This document shows, piece by piece, positions 1 to 15,666 of a stretch of DNA of 64,000 nt (the first letter of the stretch is position 1; every line of letters begins with the position of its first letter). Source of the stretch: Octopus vulgaris (Eukaryota); assembly GCA_951406725.2 (NCBI GenBank), contig OX597824.1:47554001-47618000 (forward strand), read 5' to 3'. A program made the position numbers and the translations under genes. The notes under the pieces were generated by a model. The model was given only the letters and a program-made list of their open reading frames with translations, made no database searches and had not been told where the DNA came from.

Positions 1-1257
1 TTTTTAGAAGTGCTGTGTTGTATTGACACACTTGCACTAAAAATTCCTGCATTTCAAATCAAAACTTGTTAGTTACTATGGTGACAACACTAATCTGTCT
101 GTCTAACCATCTATCTTTCACACATACACAGTCTCTCACACTGTATTTCTTTCTCAACAACTTTTCTTCTCCTCTTCTATGCTGTGACAGACAGCCAGAT
201 GGAGATTTGCTTCTCTTTTATAATATAAGATGTAAACAATTTATGTGTGAGTAAATATCCTTCTAAGAATGTATTTGTAGATATTAACTGAGAACAAACA
301 AATAAGGAAGTAAAACAAATACACAAAATAGTGAGTACCAACTGAAGACTGTTGAAGTACAAAAGCCCTTAATAGCTTTAAACTTGTGCATATTTCATGT
401 CAAATTTCTAACAGTCACTTTTCTGATATTTAAGAAAGTAAGAAAAATCTATAAACAAATAGTTTCTTTAGGTTATTTAAAAGAATTGTAAATGTAAAAT
501 AATCCAATTGAAAAACTTGCCAGAGACAAAGCAGTATACATGTAGTTTTCTGGAAATCAAAGAATAAACTCTATCAATCACATTATGCAGCTATATCTAA
601 AGAGTCACCTTCAGTGAATCAGAATTTCTAGAAATGTCCAGTTTACAAGGCATGCCACTTTTTACTTTCTGTCGTGATTTTTTTCTATAATTTTTATTGA
701 AAAAATTTTTGTCTCAAAGAATACATACTGATAATTAAACTAGAAGCAATAAATATAACTTTTGGTTTATGACTATTCAACCATTCTGGGACATACATTT
801 TATATATAGTGTTATGAAGTGTTATGAAACATTAAAAAAAATCAGTAAAGCAACATAAATAAATAATCAACAAAACAAAAGATAACAAATTCTATGAAAA
901 TATGAAACAATTATTACAAAATGTGATCGATCAATTTTATGGTAATTCAATGAACACTAAAACAAATTATTAACTTTGACTAATTAATCTTAATTATTTT
1001 TTCTTTTATCAAACTACTTATATATAATTATATATGTGTGTGTGTGTGTGTGTCTGTACATATACATATACACACAAACACATGTAAGTATATATATATG
1101 TGTGCATGTGTGTGTGCATGTATGTCAATATTATGTGTATGTATGTATATTTTGAATTTGCTTTGCAAGATTTTTCATGCATCTTGAAATCTTGTCAAAA
1201 CAGATAATAATTTTGTCCAATATGAAACATGAAACACATGCATTGGTTCTAGTTCAC

Positions 1258-1708
1258 CAATTAGATAGCCAATTAACCAATTTACTAATCGATTACTTGA
1301 TTAATTGTTCAATCAATTAATCATTTAGCTGGCTTGTTAGAGTCCTTTCATTGCTATTCATGACCTCACTAATGACATGCTCTCATTACTTCAGGTTTGT
1401 CTTTTGTCTCATATGCATGTATGTATGCATACATATCATATATGCATACATATATATATACATATATATATATACATATATACATACATATATACATATA
1501 AATACATATATACATACATATATACATACACACACACACACACAATCACCATCATCATCCTAGAAACAGACCTAGTGTAAAGAGGGCATGTGATTTGTGA
1601 GGTTTTCAAATAGAAACAAACATTCACAAACCAGCTGATAGACTGATTGATTGAACAATTAATGAAGCAATCAATAAACTAACTGGTTAATTAGCTGACT
1701 AATAATTG
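1258..1708. repeat. Degenerate foldback element with ~150-bp inverted arms around a (TA/CA) microsatellite
   Basis: 1258-1405 is the reverse complement of 1562-1708, for example ttaattgttcaatcaat / attgattgaacaattaa. Confidence 0.7.
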
Positions 1709-1709
1709 T

Positions 1710-1890
1710 TTCTAGTTTAGGTACAAGGCCATTGATTTTGTTGGGAGGAGGGTTATTCAATACCATTGACTCTGAAAGGATAAAAGACAAAGTTGACCTC
1801 AGCGGGGTTTGAAATCAGAATGTAAAGTGCTGTAACTAAATACTGCAAGGCATTTTGGCCTATGTACTAAATGACTCTGCACCAATTTAC
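1710..1890 (-). mobile_element. Degenerate tRNA-derived SINE of the same family as 59501-59700 (other copies ~10550-10750, 24445-24660, 26900-27070, 34815-35020, 37790-37930)
   Basis: Shared motifs gaaaggcaaagttgacct, atttgaactcagaa and aagcattttg. Confidence 0.6.
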
Positions 1891-2419
1891 TATTATGATT
1901 AGTTATACAAAGAATGATAAAAAGAGATGAAAGAAATAAAACCATTACATGTGTTTCTGATGGCAAGATGATTTTCCCAAGAGACAGCATATATATATAT
2001 TACACACACACACATCTGTATATGCATATATACATACATATCATCCTTTCAATGCTTTAACAGTCACATTTCCATGCTTACTTGGGTCAGATGAAATTCA
2101 GTGAGGCAGATTTTCTACACCCTAACATTCTTCCTGTCATTAACTTTCACCTGTCTCCCAGCAAGGTAATATTTCCCCTAGTGCTTCAAACATGAACAAC
2201 ACAATAGCTGGTCATGTTTTCATAGAAGATTGCAAATGAATAACATTGCTTCTTGTAAATGTTTATTTGCAATTACAATGACATGAGGATATACATACAT
2301 GCAAATGCATATATACAGTAAGTTTCTTGCAGTTTCCACTGAACAGTTGCTTGCAGGCAAAGGTCTCTTACACATGTCCAGATATACAAGTATTATGAAG
2401 CACTTTTGCATATTACCTC

Positions 2420-3030
2420 AATGATGATGAAAGACAATGACTTTATCATTGTAGTTGATGATTTTAACACACACGTTGGACAAAACTAATGGATTCCAAG
2501 ATGTACACAGAGGCAATACCTATTTTATAGAAATGAAAAAGGAACAAGATTGCTGGAGTTCTGTGAAACAAATGACTTTATTATCTGCAACAATAATTTC
2601 AGGAAACCAGCCAACCACCTGATCACCTATTAATATGATAGATGGACACACAAGCCAGGTTGGCTACATGCTCTCCAGAAAACAAGGTAGATGGTTTGTT
2701 ACAAATGTGAAATAATTTTCCTGGTGAAGAATATACAATCTAATATAGGTTGGTGATTAGTGACTTTAGACTTAGAGCTAGAAGGACTCAGAAATACAAA
2801 CCAGTCTGGAAATAAAAGATATGAAAATTTAATGGCCCATTGAAGAGTAGAAATTTGGAGAAATACTAATTAAAACATTTGATGGAAAGACAAAAGAAAC
2901 AAACACATAGCATACAGGGCAACTGAAAATTTCTATGGGACAATCTGTTGAAGGCTAAAACCCTGATCTGAGGCTGGTGCAAAGTTCCAACCAAACTATG
3001 GGCAATGTAGTAGTGGGACAGTGAGGTAGT
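2420..3030 (+). mobile_element. Decayed RTE-type LINE fragment, APE endonuclease region
   Basis: Translates as IVVDDFNTHVG...RNEKGTRLLEFCETNDFIICNNNFRKPANHLITY with stops and frameshifts. 2936-3030 is homologous to the 5' end of the RTE copy at 47682. Confidence 0.75.
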
Positions 3031-3545
3031 TTTCTTCTGTCATCATCTATCTGCTATCCACCCTCTTGGTCATATTGTACTGAGGGATCAGACCAATATA
3101 AAGTAGTGAGGCGGGAGCTAACTTCACTAGTATTAGTGCCACAATAAAATGTACCCAGTATGCTCTATAAACTGGTTAGTGAATGATCAAAAACATCATA
3201 GTTGGGAGCATTCTTGTCTTGTCAAGAATATGACATTTCTGGTGCCAGTGCCACAATAAAATTACCCAGTAGACTTTGTAAGGTGGTAGGCAAATTGGTA
3301 GAGAAGGCATAAAGTCAACAGGAACTTATAGTCTTTTGGGGGTCATGACAATTTCTATAGTGTTGGTGCCATGTTACATGCACTCAGTAAGGTTACTGGT
3401 GATAAAAAATGGCATCTGGCCATAGAAGTCATGTGGGAAGGTATTAACTTTGAATAAGAACTGACTTGAATCAAGACAGCTAACCCAAACCAGTTTGGAA
3501 AGACTTTAAATGTGCCCGCTGGAAATTGTAATTCTGTGTGTGTTG

Positions 3546-3587
<42 letters not shown>

Positions 3588-6545
3588 TGTGTGTGTGTGT
3601 GAGAGGGAGAGAGGGGGGGATCTTGTGTTGTGTGATAATGATTCAGTTGTTCAATCAACTGAATTATCTACTCCTGAACTAACATATAAGTGACTAAGCA
3701 TTCTCTAGATGCATGCATCCTTAAGATAAATCTAAGGCAGAGTCGGCACCATACAGTGTTTGTGATAAGGCCGTACCTTTTGAATTACAGGTACAATCCA
3801 TTTGACAGGCTACTATGCAGTTCCTGTTTACTCAAGTTCACTCATGAGATATAGGTCAACCCAAGGTTAGAGAAAATGGTGTTTGTCCATGATTCCATGT
3901 AAAGGGGACAGCAAACCTAGGATATAATGGTTACGAAGTTAACTTCTTAAACATTTGGCCACATAATGTTATAACGGAGAATCTTGGGTTGAGTTTTATT
4001 ATTGCACATGGTTTTGTATTTCAATAATTCTACTAAGAAAAGCATAAATATCACATAATTTGCTTCTCGTGTAAACTGAAATCTTGTGCATATGTATGTA
4101 TTATTGGTCTAAGTAGATGAATGCAGTTGGTTTTATCCATATATTTAATTCAAAAGCTTATTTCTTTTATGACAAATCATTTTCTATAATAAATACTGTT
4201 GAAATATAAATTCTAATCACATGATAAAAGTCTTTGTAAATTTACTCCAGTAAATATTGGAAATTTAATACTGTATTTGATACTAATAATGACATTGATA
4301 ACAATAATCAATAATAAAATGTAGTATTTTATCAATAAATATCAATATTAACTTAATCCCCCCGCCCCACAAAAAAATGCTCACTCAACAGGTATTTTAT
4401 TTTTAATTCTTTTCAGTCTTAAAGACAAAGAAAGAATAAGAAATCAATTTATGATTATATTTGTGAAAATAAGCATAACAATTTCCCATGCATTTATTCA
4501 TTTCTTAGATTTGAAAAAATAGCAAGTCATAAAGACAGGAAAATAGAAACAGAACAAAATTTGTTGCAAGGTAATATAGAACCAAATAACTCAAGAAAAC
4601 AGTATCAAGCTTTTAAGTATGTAGCAAGAGTAATTCCATTTGAGTGCAGTGCAGGGACAGAAAACCAAAGGAAGTCATGTTGCACATCTTCACGCACGCA
4701 TGCATACACACATGCGTGCGTGCACACACACACACATGAAGAAATAGGAAAGAAAGAGAGGGAAACATATAAAAAGTTACAGCTACTCTCATAAAAACTA
4801 GTATGAAAATAAAATAGCAACAAATGTTTGTGAGAAGCTAGGTAGCTTAACATTATATTTGACCAATGATTTTATCTTTAATGCATGCATGAAACATAAT
4901 CTTTAATAAGACAGAAACAAACAAAAAAATAATGACATTGAAAAAAATATCTTATATTGCCATGTTTTTTACTAATGTGTTTATCTTGCTTATTTCCTTG
5001 TGTCTCAGTTAAAGGCAATGCTGTTTTTCATCAGTGAGCTTCATGAATATTATTTATGAAACAGGTTTTGTTCAGTTATGCCTTGTATGTGAAATAAATA
5101 TCTGAAATGTTTTTTATTCTCTCTTGTGGCTATTTCTTTTGAGGATAGTTTTTAATTGCATGCTCAGTGATTTGCCTTGATAAGTTCTAATTTTACCCAT
5201 ACAGTGGATCTGACATATGTAACCAAAACTTCACTTAACTGAAATTATTCATGCAATCAATAAACACTGTTTCTGGGGGGTTTTAAAATCTAAAAGCAGG
5301 GACAGTAACTCCAGTGATATCAGAAAATAAAGATGATGTAGATGCTTACATATTTCTAGGCAAAGTTATTGTCACAAGAGATTGGTTTTTCTTTTGATTT
5401 GCATGAGAATATTTTAAAATTACTCTTATTGTTATTTGGATACTATCAGAAACTATTTTGTATGAATATCTTCATCTTATATCATTTAGTTATTTGAGTT
5501 TGTATATTGCTCACCTTAGTTAGTGATGCACATGTAAATACATCTGGCCAAGATTGAATACCTTGACACAAAGCAGAGAAATGGTTTTTGACATTCATGC
5601 ACAGTCTGTAATTATCTCCTGGCTAAGTCAAAGAAGGAGTCTTTATGTGGTCACTAGATCTGCTAGAAATTGTAACCAAATATTCTTTATTTCACACATC
5701 TTACCATCTTAAAAATAGATATATTGATAATGTAATTTGGGATACACAATGTTTGAAAAGATATGCCTCTGATCATAGCTCTACTCAGTCAGGGTTGACC
5801 CAGGCTAAATGACAACAGCCATCAGCTAATAACATTTTCGTGTAGTTTCCCATGGGTAAGTTCTGGATATATGTAATATTGATGAAGCTTAATGTTTCTC
5901 TTTTAGACAAGAGATTCTAGGTCCCTTATGTCAGTATTATATATTCATTACTGCCCTATGCAGTCCTGCTGGTTACCATCCAAGAAATTTATTTTGACTT
6001 TCTTTGGTTATGGTAAATTTTTTACACATTGTTTCTACTATCTATTTAATTTTGGCCTTAATGTTTTATCTTTATTCTCAGATCTCTCAACACAGCCAGC
6101 CTTTGTTTCTATCTAGTCATTTCTTTAACATAAGAAAATAGATTTCTTTAGATGTTTCTAAACTAAATATAAACCTTGCCTTAATTTCTGAGATGGTTCT
6201 TTTGTAAATCTTACATAAGTTATTTTGTAACAATTTCCTATTTGGATAATTATTTCTCCTTTCATTAATATCAAATCCTAATGTTGGCTACTCAATTATA
6301 TCATTTTTTTTTTAATGTTTAGAGAGAATAATGAATCATCTTGCAAACAATATTATATTTTCTATTCTTTTACTGATACTGAAACTAGTAATTTATCAGG
6401 TCAGCCAGTATGTTTTTCTAATTACTTTCTAGTTAGTATTGAGGAGTTCTCAGAACTAATTTAATTTATTGGCAGTATACTTATTTTTTTCATTTTTAAT
6501 ATATCGTTTTTACTGGCTTTTCTTAATTCCTATGTGTGTGTATCT

Positions 6546-6745
6546 TTTCTCTTATACTTGTTTCAGTCATTGGACTATGGCCATGCTAGGGCACTGCCTT
6601 GAAGAGTTTAGGCGAACAAATTCACCACAGTACTTATTTTTGTAAGTATGGTCTATCGGTCTCTTTTGCTGAAACTACTAAGTTACAATGATGTAAACAA
6701 ACCAATGCCAGTTGTCAAGTGGTGGTAGAGACAAATGCAGAGACT
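6546..6745 (-). mobile_element. SINE 3' half carrying the CR1-like tail (same family as 34268-34666)
   Basis: tttcagtcattggactatggccatgctagggcactgcc ... ccagttgtcaag. Confidence 0.7.
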
Positions 6746-6769
6746 CACACACATACACATATATTTGCA

Positions 6770-7390
6770 TCAGCTTGTCATAAATTCAGTTTTACAATCA
6801 GTTTCAAAAAGACTGAAGTCATGTACTAGCCTGCTCCTGGAAAGTCTTACATTGAATCACTCCTGAGAATCAATTATCAACCTCTCCAAGCTGTAGGGAG
6901 ATTCACCTACCTTGGAAATACACTGTCAAGAAGTGTTCATATTGATGATGAAGTGAATACAAGGGTAGCAAAAGTCATCTCTACCTTTGGACATCATCAT
7001 CACAAGATTTGCAAAGGACATGATCTGACCATAAAAACAAAACTTGACAAATACAAGGCTATTGTGATGACTACACTACTTTATGGTTGTGAAACCTGGA
7101 CAGTTTACCAAAGACGTACCAAACAATTTAATCATTTCCACCAAAGGTACCTATGAATAATTCTTAACATTAGGTAGCAGGCTGAAATTCCCAACTCAAC
7201 TGTGTTCAAGAGAGTTAATATGTTGTGTATATATACCTCCCTGAGCAAATTCCAACTCCTGCTGAGTGGACATGTAGCATGCATGCTACATGCCCACTTC
7301 CCAAACAGATCTTTGATGAACTAGTAACTGGGTCTTGGTTACAAGGTGGACCAAAGAAAACATACAGACCAAAAGGAATCAGCCAATGTT
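6770..7390 (+). mobile_element. Decayed RTE/BovB-like LINE, C-terminal RT fragment
   Basis: KKTEVM...FTYLGNTLSRSVHIDDEVNTRVAK...KAIVMTTLLYGCETWTVYQR...LPKQIFDEL..G..LQGGPKK, interrupted by stops. Confidence 0.8.
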
Positions 7391-7444
7391 TAGAGCTTTG
7401 TTTGTTGTTAACAAGAACATAATTGAACTACAATATTTTTCTGT

Positions 7445-7670
7445 TATTTATTATTATCATTATCATTATTATTATTTATCATTATTTATTAATTATTTAT
7501 CATTATTATCAATTACTATTATTATTATTTATTAATCATTATTATTAATTACTATTAATATTATTTATTAATTATTAATCATTATTATTAATTACTATTA
7601 TTATTATTATTATTATTATTATTATCATCATTATTCATCATGATCATCATGATGATGATCATCATCATCT
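7445..7670. repeat. (ATT)n/(ATC)n trinucleotide microsatellite
   Basis: Direct reading of the sequence. Confidence 0.9.
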
Positions 7671-8164
7671 TTCAATTCTATTTCCATTCCTTGCCGAGTA
7701 TCTTCCTGGTACCTAGGGCAGAGAAATGCGCTGTATACATTGGTAGGCCATTAAAATAAACACACTAGATTATTCATTTACAGAGTCATGTGACAGAGAA
7801 AAAGGGGAATCTCTCTGTCTTACTGCTTTTTTTTCTTATTCATGCATAGTGATAGCTGCTTCAGAGACAAAGGTTGTCCTATTTTCTATCAGCTATACTA
7901 TAATGGGTAAGTTCTTTAAGCTGAAGCAGATATTTAGTATTATATGTTTATATGTATTGTGCCTCACTCTTATAGAAAATATGTTGAATGTTTGTAACTG
8001 CAAGATTACACAGCTCACTTCTGTGGGCCATGCTGTACAGTTCCTAGCATCCTTTTGTGCATGGCGGTATCACCCCTTTGCCCCTTTGATGGCTGCCAAC
8101 CTCTTTGAGAATTTTTACTTTTGTTTTTGTGATAGTTGCATTGGGTTGCTGATTTTGGTATCCT

Positions 8165-9257
8165 GATATGTTCAGTTTGGCTTACAGATTTTTTGATTAA
8201 TTTTTTTTAACTAAACAGTTTCAAACTTCACATACTGGTGTAATTTCTCACACAGAATGCACTTTACTTTGAAAACTTTTGACAAAATTTCGTATTTTAG
8301 AAGTTGTTGTATTTGGGTAATTTTAACCAATCAATGATGTGTATTCAGTTGAAGAAAGCTACTGTTGTTTGTAATAGTAATTGAAGAGGAACAACTGCTG
8401 GGTCATCTCTACTAAATGTCACCACTCTGTTCTATTCATATGTTATCTTTTCTTCTTTTTTAGTCAGCACTGTGCATTCCTTACTCTTTCTCTCTCTACT
8501 GGCAGAGAGCCACTTCTACACCATCAACTACCAACCAGTGAGTGAACTTGTCACTGCCACTACAATTACCGTATTTTCCAGTGCATACACTGCTATTTTT
8601 TACCTGGAAAATTAAGTATGCGGCTTATAGAAAGGTGCGCCTAATATGTGTACTTTTTTATAAGTTTCAGGAAGAAAATAATTTGTGTATGGAGATTGTC
8701 TGATTCCACTGATTTTTTCAGAGGAAAGGTTGGTTGGTGAACAATGTAAAAGACTATGGCTACAGTACATTGGTGTCTGGAAGAAAACAAAGTATATTTG
8801 TTTTGTTTTACTTTCATGTTTTGATAATGTTATTTTTAATCTAATAAAGACTTTTATATTGACGAAATGTGTCTGTTGTTGATTATAATAAGATAAAATC
8901 ATAACAATAACAATACATCTCATAGTTGTAAGATAAGGCATTTTGAAACCTCATACACATCAACAACAAAAAAGTTAGCTGTGGACCCATAGCTCTATAG
9001 GTCTTTTAAACACCAGTGCGCTTTATGTGTGGATAGCATATAATATGCAACACAGGCAGTTAACAAAAAAATCATTGATTGGTTAAAATTATCCAAATAC
9101 AACTTTAACATGAAATAACTTCTAAAATACCAAATTTTGTCAAAAATGTTCAAAGTAAACTGTGTTCTGTCTGAGACATTCCACCAGTATACAAAATTTC
9201 AAACTGTTTAGTTAAAAAAAAATTATTAAAAAATCTGTGAGCCAAACTGAACAAATC
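8165..9257. mobile_element. Non-autonomous DNA transposon/MITE-like element with ~175-185-bp terminal inverted repeats
   Basis: 8165-8337 (gatatgttcagtttggcttacagatttt...aaccaatcaatga) is the reverse complement of 9072-9257 (tcattgattggtt...tgagccaaactgaacaaatc). No transposase is recognisable inside. Confidence 0.85.
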
Positions 9258-12200
9258 CAAAGTAAAATATTTTAGTTAGTTCTTTTTCTTATAGAAGCTG
9301 TAAGTCAATTGGATATTTTGCTTTCAGAGTCTTGTAGGCCACTGTGTCTATCAGGTGGCATTTTGTGCAGTAGTTTTTCTGAAGGTGCTTTGTGCACATC
9401 TAACACCTTCACTTTTACCATTCCTGTTTGGGACAGAGGAATGCATCTGTGTACACTTCCATGTTGTTTGGCACAGGTGATAAAGTCAGTGTCACTCCAT
9501 ATTTTTTTCAAGCATTTTTTCACTTGGGTGTGTGACTCTTTATACTCAACAGTTCTTAAGTAACATACACTGTTTTCCTAGCCAATGTGTTGCTATTCTC
9601 TAAGACATTTTCAACAGAGGCAGTATCCCCAGAACTCTGGGGGTACTGCCTATGTTGTTTTCTTTTGTCTCTCCAGATGAGCTTTTAAGTCTCTCTCGGG
9701 TTTGTTTGTTTATTTTCTGGAGAGACTAATTTAATTATTTTGCATCTCCAGTAAAGGAGCTGGTTTTTGGTGTAAATTGTTGTTTATGCTACTGCTGTTG
9801 TTGCAGGTGATTCCAACAACACAATGAATGAGATAGGGGTGGTGCTTTTGGTAGTGGCAGTGGTGGTACTACTGCTGAAAATGATGTTGGTCAATGAATG
9901 GAGAGGCAAATGACACTACTGCAGTAGCGGAAACATTGGTAATAGTGGCAGTGTTGTTGTTATTTCTCTTTCTCTCCTTACTCTAGTCATTCGTTTCATT
10001 GACATTGTAGGTGTTATTATTGAGTTAATGTTATTGCTACTGTTGCTCCTTCTTTGAAACTGGCAGAGCTGGAAATTCCCTTTCATTAGAAGCAATGAAA
10101 TGTGAGATCTTATGATGGTTTCACTATTATTGTTTCTGATGGTACTGTTGCTATTATTGTAGTTGTTAATGGTGATGATGGTATTGCACTTTGTGGTGTG
10201 GGTGATAAATATTTGAGAAAATGTTTTGAAGAAAATCATACTTTTTCTTTCACAATCAATAACCTTTGATGGACTGCTACAGTGACCATGAAGTTTACTG
10301 CCCATCACTCTCCTATTTTCAAAACTTTACAATGCTGACATTTTTGTATGATATAGTTGTCTGCTAAGTAGCAGACTAAGAGGTAGCCATAGTTATTTTA
10401 CAAATAAACTCAAAAGAAAAAAAAAAAAAACGAAAAAAAATCAAAAAATTTAAATTAAAATATTTTTAAAGAAATTAGATAGAAACAAGTATTAACTTAT
10501 GGAATGTGTGCAGCTCAGATATGAAAACAACAACCACAATAATAATGGTTCCTAGTTTAGGCACAAGGTCATTAATTTTGATAGGAGTGGGTAATTTGAT
10601 GCCATCATCCCGGTATTTGACTGGTATTTTTTATTTTATTAACTTCAGAAAAATGAAAGGTAATGCCAACCTTAGCAGGAACTGAATTCAGAACATAAAG
10701 AGTTGCAATATCACAAGGCATTTATTCCAATACTCTAACAATTTTCCCATCAGGTCAATAGACGATGGAGAGAATTACAAAGACAGACATAAAGTGAAAG
10801 GGTTCACACAGAAAACTGAATGCTAAAAGAATGAAATATAATTATACATAGTATACAAATAATAATTGATGATGATGCAACCTTCCTGATACAAAAGGAC
10901 CTTCATTTATAGCCAATCAAGAAACCACTTAGATTTAAAATCACTCTAAATACCAAGAGTAAATGTGTTCTATAACTATCATTCTCCAACCATCAGATGC
11001 ATTGTTCCTCATACCATTTTTGAGGCTCAGATTTTTCTAAAATTCACTTGAAGACAGCACTTCCTTCTCCATCTTCACCTTCCTTTTCAAATGAAATTTG
11101 AAAAAGTTGATGTTGGCTCAACTGATGAAGAAAGTGTCTATCCCTAAACTTTTCAACCTCATCTTCTACACAACCTCTTTCACTATAGACACCAGAGGAA
11201 AACTCTACCTAGTTAAAGGAAGATGGTAGGGCAATTATCACAATGGATTCAGCTGGTTGTCAGATTTGTCCTGCATGCATTTGTGAGGTTATATCAAACA
11301 TAGCACCACAAATAAGGCACAGAACAAGTGCATACAGATGGTTTTGTTGCCCTGTGCACATCTCATACAAGCCTGTCTGGTTGTACTTCTGTACTTAATG
11401 TCCTTATTTATTCTCTTAACCTGAAACATGAGATGAATAGTAGACAGGGAAATAGGAAAGCTTCAATATTTATGCTGTGAATACTTTTAAGATGCAAACC
11501 AGCCACTGTTCCAGGAGATCTATGTTTAAAGGCATTCCAACTATGAAAATCCTCATTTTTTCTTACTATCTGGGATAATATATTTCAATGTATTTCTTTT
11601 TAAGATGGTAGTGTGTACTTTAAAGAGAGATTTAGCAATTATTTTTAGCAAGTAAAATTAGCATATATAGATTCCCTCTTTGGACACCCATGTTTACCCC
11701 AAAGACATGAATTATGTAAGAGAAATAAAATAATCCAACCAAAAATCCTAATTAGATCCTTGTATTCATTAATAACAATGCAGAACCACACACATATACA
11801 TACAAACTAATGATGCTAATTAAAACAAATATCCTAACAGGATTTTAGATATGGATAAATTTTATCTTGCAATTTCTAATAATTTCTACTTAAAACTTTA
11901 AAATTAAAAACAAAAAATTATCTTTTCAAGGCAATAATAATAATAACAGCAATAAGTTGCTCTTTCAAAAATTTTTCTTAAAATTTAGTGGTCCCTATTT
12001 GAGAGTATTAAACGATATCAGTGTTTTGGAGTTATTAAATTGATCATCACTGAAGGTATATTAATATTGAATAAGATTTATTAAAAGATTAGAATTCCCT
12101 GTTTTCAAATTTTCTAAAATGGTGCCATTTTTGGCATATAAATTTAGAGGGAACATTATTCAAATAAAGTAGCTATCATTTTCAAGACTGTCTAGAAATA

Positions 12201-12601
12201 ATGGATTGAATGAATCATTTGATGATCTTTAGGAACACAGGGGAAATAGATAGAGTGGTATTTACAGTTAATCATAATGTATGTATGTGTGTATATATAT
12301 GTATGCATATGTGTGTGTGTGTTTGAGTGTGTGTATATATGTGTGTATGTATATCTATATCTATCAATTTATAAATATATATATATGTGTGTGTATGTTT
12401 ATTATATACATACACGCAAGATATATATGTATAATGTATGTATATATATATATAAAGTACTCATATTTACACATACAGGCATACATGAATATATACATGC
12501 ATGTATGTATGTGTGTATGTGCATATATATACATACACATATATATATATGCACACACATATATATACATATATATATATATGTATATATATATGTATAT
12601 A

Positions 12602-12683
<82 letters not shown>

Positions 12684-13883
12684 CAGGGTGCGGTGAATAA
12701 ATTGTTATCTAAATTACACAACAATGAAAATAACACTGACATCTCATTTTAACAGATATATTTACCAAAATTACATAAAAAATATCTTGAAATGCTAAAG
12801 AGTAAACTTATTCCTGTAAAATCGCCATTGGCTTCAACCATGGCCTCCAGATGACTTCAGAATCTCCTGCAACTCTTCTGGATGGTTTCCTTGTTTAAGT
12901 TGGTAAATGCTACCATAAGCCTTGCCTTCAGTTCATCTTTGGGTTACAAGGAGTTTTGTTAGTCTCTCAATCACTCAACTGTGCCTCACATATAATAATC
13001 AAGGGGGTTGCAGTCTGGGGAGTTAGGTGGCTAGATGTTAGGAGTGATGTGGTTACAGAAATTGTCTGACAGTCATGACTGGGTTCTCCTGCATGTGTGG
13101 CATGATGCAGAGTCGTGTTGCCAGACATAGTGTCTTCCAGTAACCACCCTTTTCACCCAGTGCAGTACCATCTCCTCCAGGCACTTGATGTAGGCCTCCT
13201 ATGGGAAGATAAATAGGAGCATAATACTACCATCACTGGTGATCACTCCAAAACCATGATGTCCAATGGATATTTGATTTTAATCACTCTTGGTACATGT
13301 TTTGGGGAGATGGCAAGCCAACAGTTGTTCTGTGTGTTCACCATCAGATCCTGGCAGAATTTTTTCTCATCTGAGAAAGCGTGTTTGGTTGGAGGGGATG
13401 CTTAAGTTTGTTCAAAAGCTTTGTAACATGGTCTTCCCTCTTGTCCTTGATGGCTTGGGATAAAAATTAGCCCTTTCTTATCTTGTATGAGGAAAACTGA
13501 ATGTCTTCATGCTCTACCTGCCTGATAAGAAACTCAGACATTCCCATGTCCCTGGTGATGGATCTCATTGACTTGGAGGGACTGTAGTCAATCATGGGCT
13601 GGATGTCACCAAAAAATTGAGGAGTTCTTTTCTTACCAGAATGATCAGAGTGAATTTTCTGAGCTGCTGTATCTTTGTAATCACCGTAAGATTCATTCAG
13701 CTCTTTTTGAATCCTCTGAATTGTTCTCAGATTGACACCCAAACACTCTGAAATGTGTTATGGTGCTGTTTTTCTCACAGATGGTGCCCAACTGATCCTA
13801 CTATACTGTGTAGTCAACAAAATCAAAAACAAACAATGCACATGTATGAAATAAAAAAAAGGTGACAATTTATCCATCACACC

Positions 13884-13886
<3 letters not shown>
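12684..13886 (-). mobile_element. Tc1/mariner-superfamily transposon, DD37D (maT) type, with a pseudogenised transposase
   Basis: TIRs cagggtgcggtgaataaattgt and acaatttatccatcacaccctg, with TA on both flanks. Remnants include an HTH region (ORF 13467-13742), FSDEK, and WQHDSASCH...PPNSPDCNPLDYY with exactly 37 residues between the second and third Asp. In-frame stops replace Trp codons. Confidence 0.92.
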
Positions 13887-15000
<1,114 letters not shown>

Positions 15001-15101
15001 ACATTGTGTCGTAACATTACAAAATAAGAGTTGTAAGAGTAACTTTAGTGGTAGTATTAGTAGTAGTAGGTAGCTAGCTGTGGTACTAGAAGAAATCCTA
15101 C

Positions 15102-15147
15102 CTGATACAAACACTCCAAACAGTGCATGAAACAGCCATGTCCAAAT
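15102..15147 (-). CDS. HDHD5: HDHD5-like 46-nt exon ([16 protein letters not shown])
   Basis: atttcag acceptor and gtagga donor. Phase 2-0 completes the PR-FGHG motif begun in the previous exon. Confidence 0.9.
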
Positions 15148-15666
15148 CTGAAATCAAAATCATATCTAGTCTTGTGTTCTAATAGTTACATTTATGAGGG
15201 ACCCTTCATAACTGGTAAGTAAAAGGTTAGTGGTTGTTAAAACAAGAGAGAGATATAGAAAGAGAGGAAAAGAAAGAAAAGACAGAACTGGAGAAAGAGA
15301 GATAAATTAACAGAAAAAATAAACAAGAACAATATTTATGAATCAAATATGAGAATTAGCAACCAAACCAATGAAATATATCAAACATGGTTGGTGACTG
15401 CAAAAAATATGACATACATACAAATACATATATAGTACAATGTGTTGTATACGTTTATTACAACAAAGGTCATTCAGTAAAAATATAATTACTTGGTGTT
15501 ATCTGAATGCTTTCCATTTACGTTTGGTGATCATTTTAAATAAATCTTATATTAAATATATTTTCAGATGTATCTTATAAATTAATTTATTTTTAAACAG
15601 AAATATTTGGGATGGAGAATGAGTATGTGTATGTGTGTGTCTGTGTGTGTATATGTATTATCAAGC

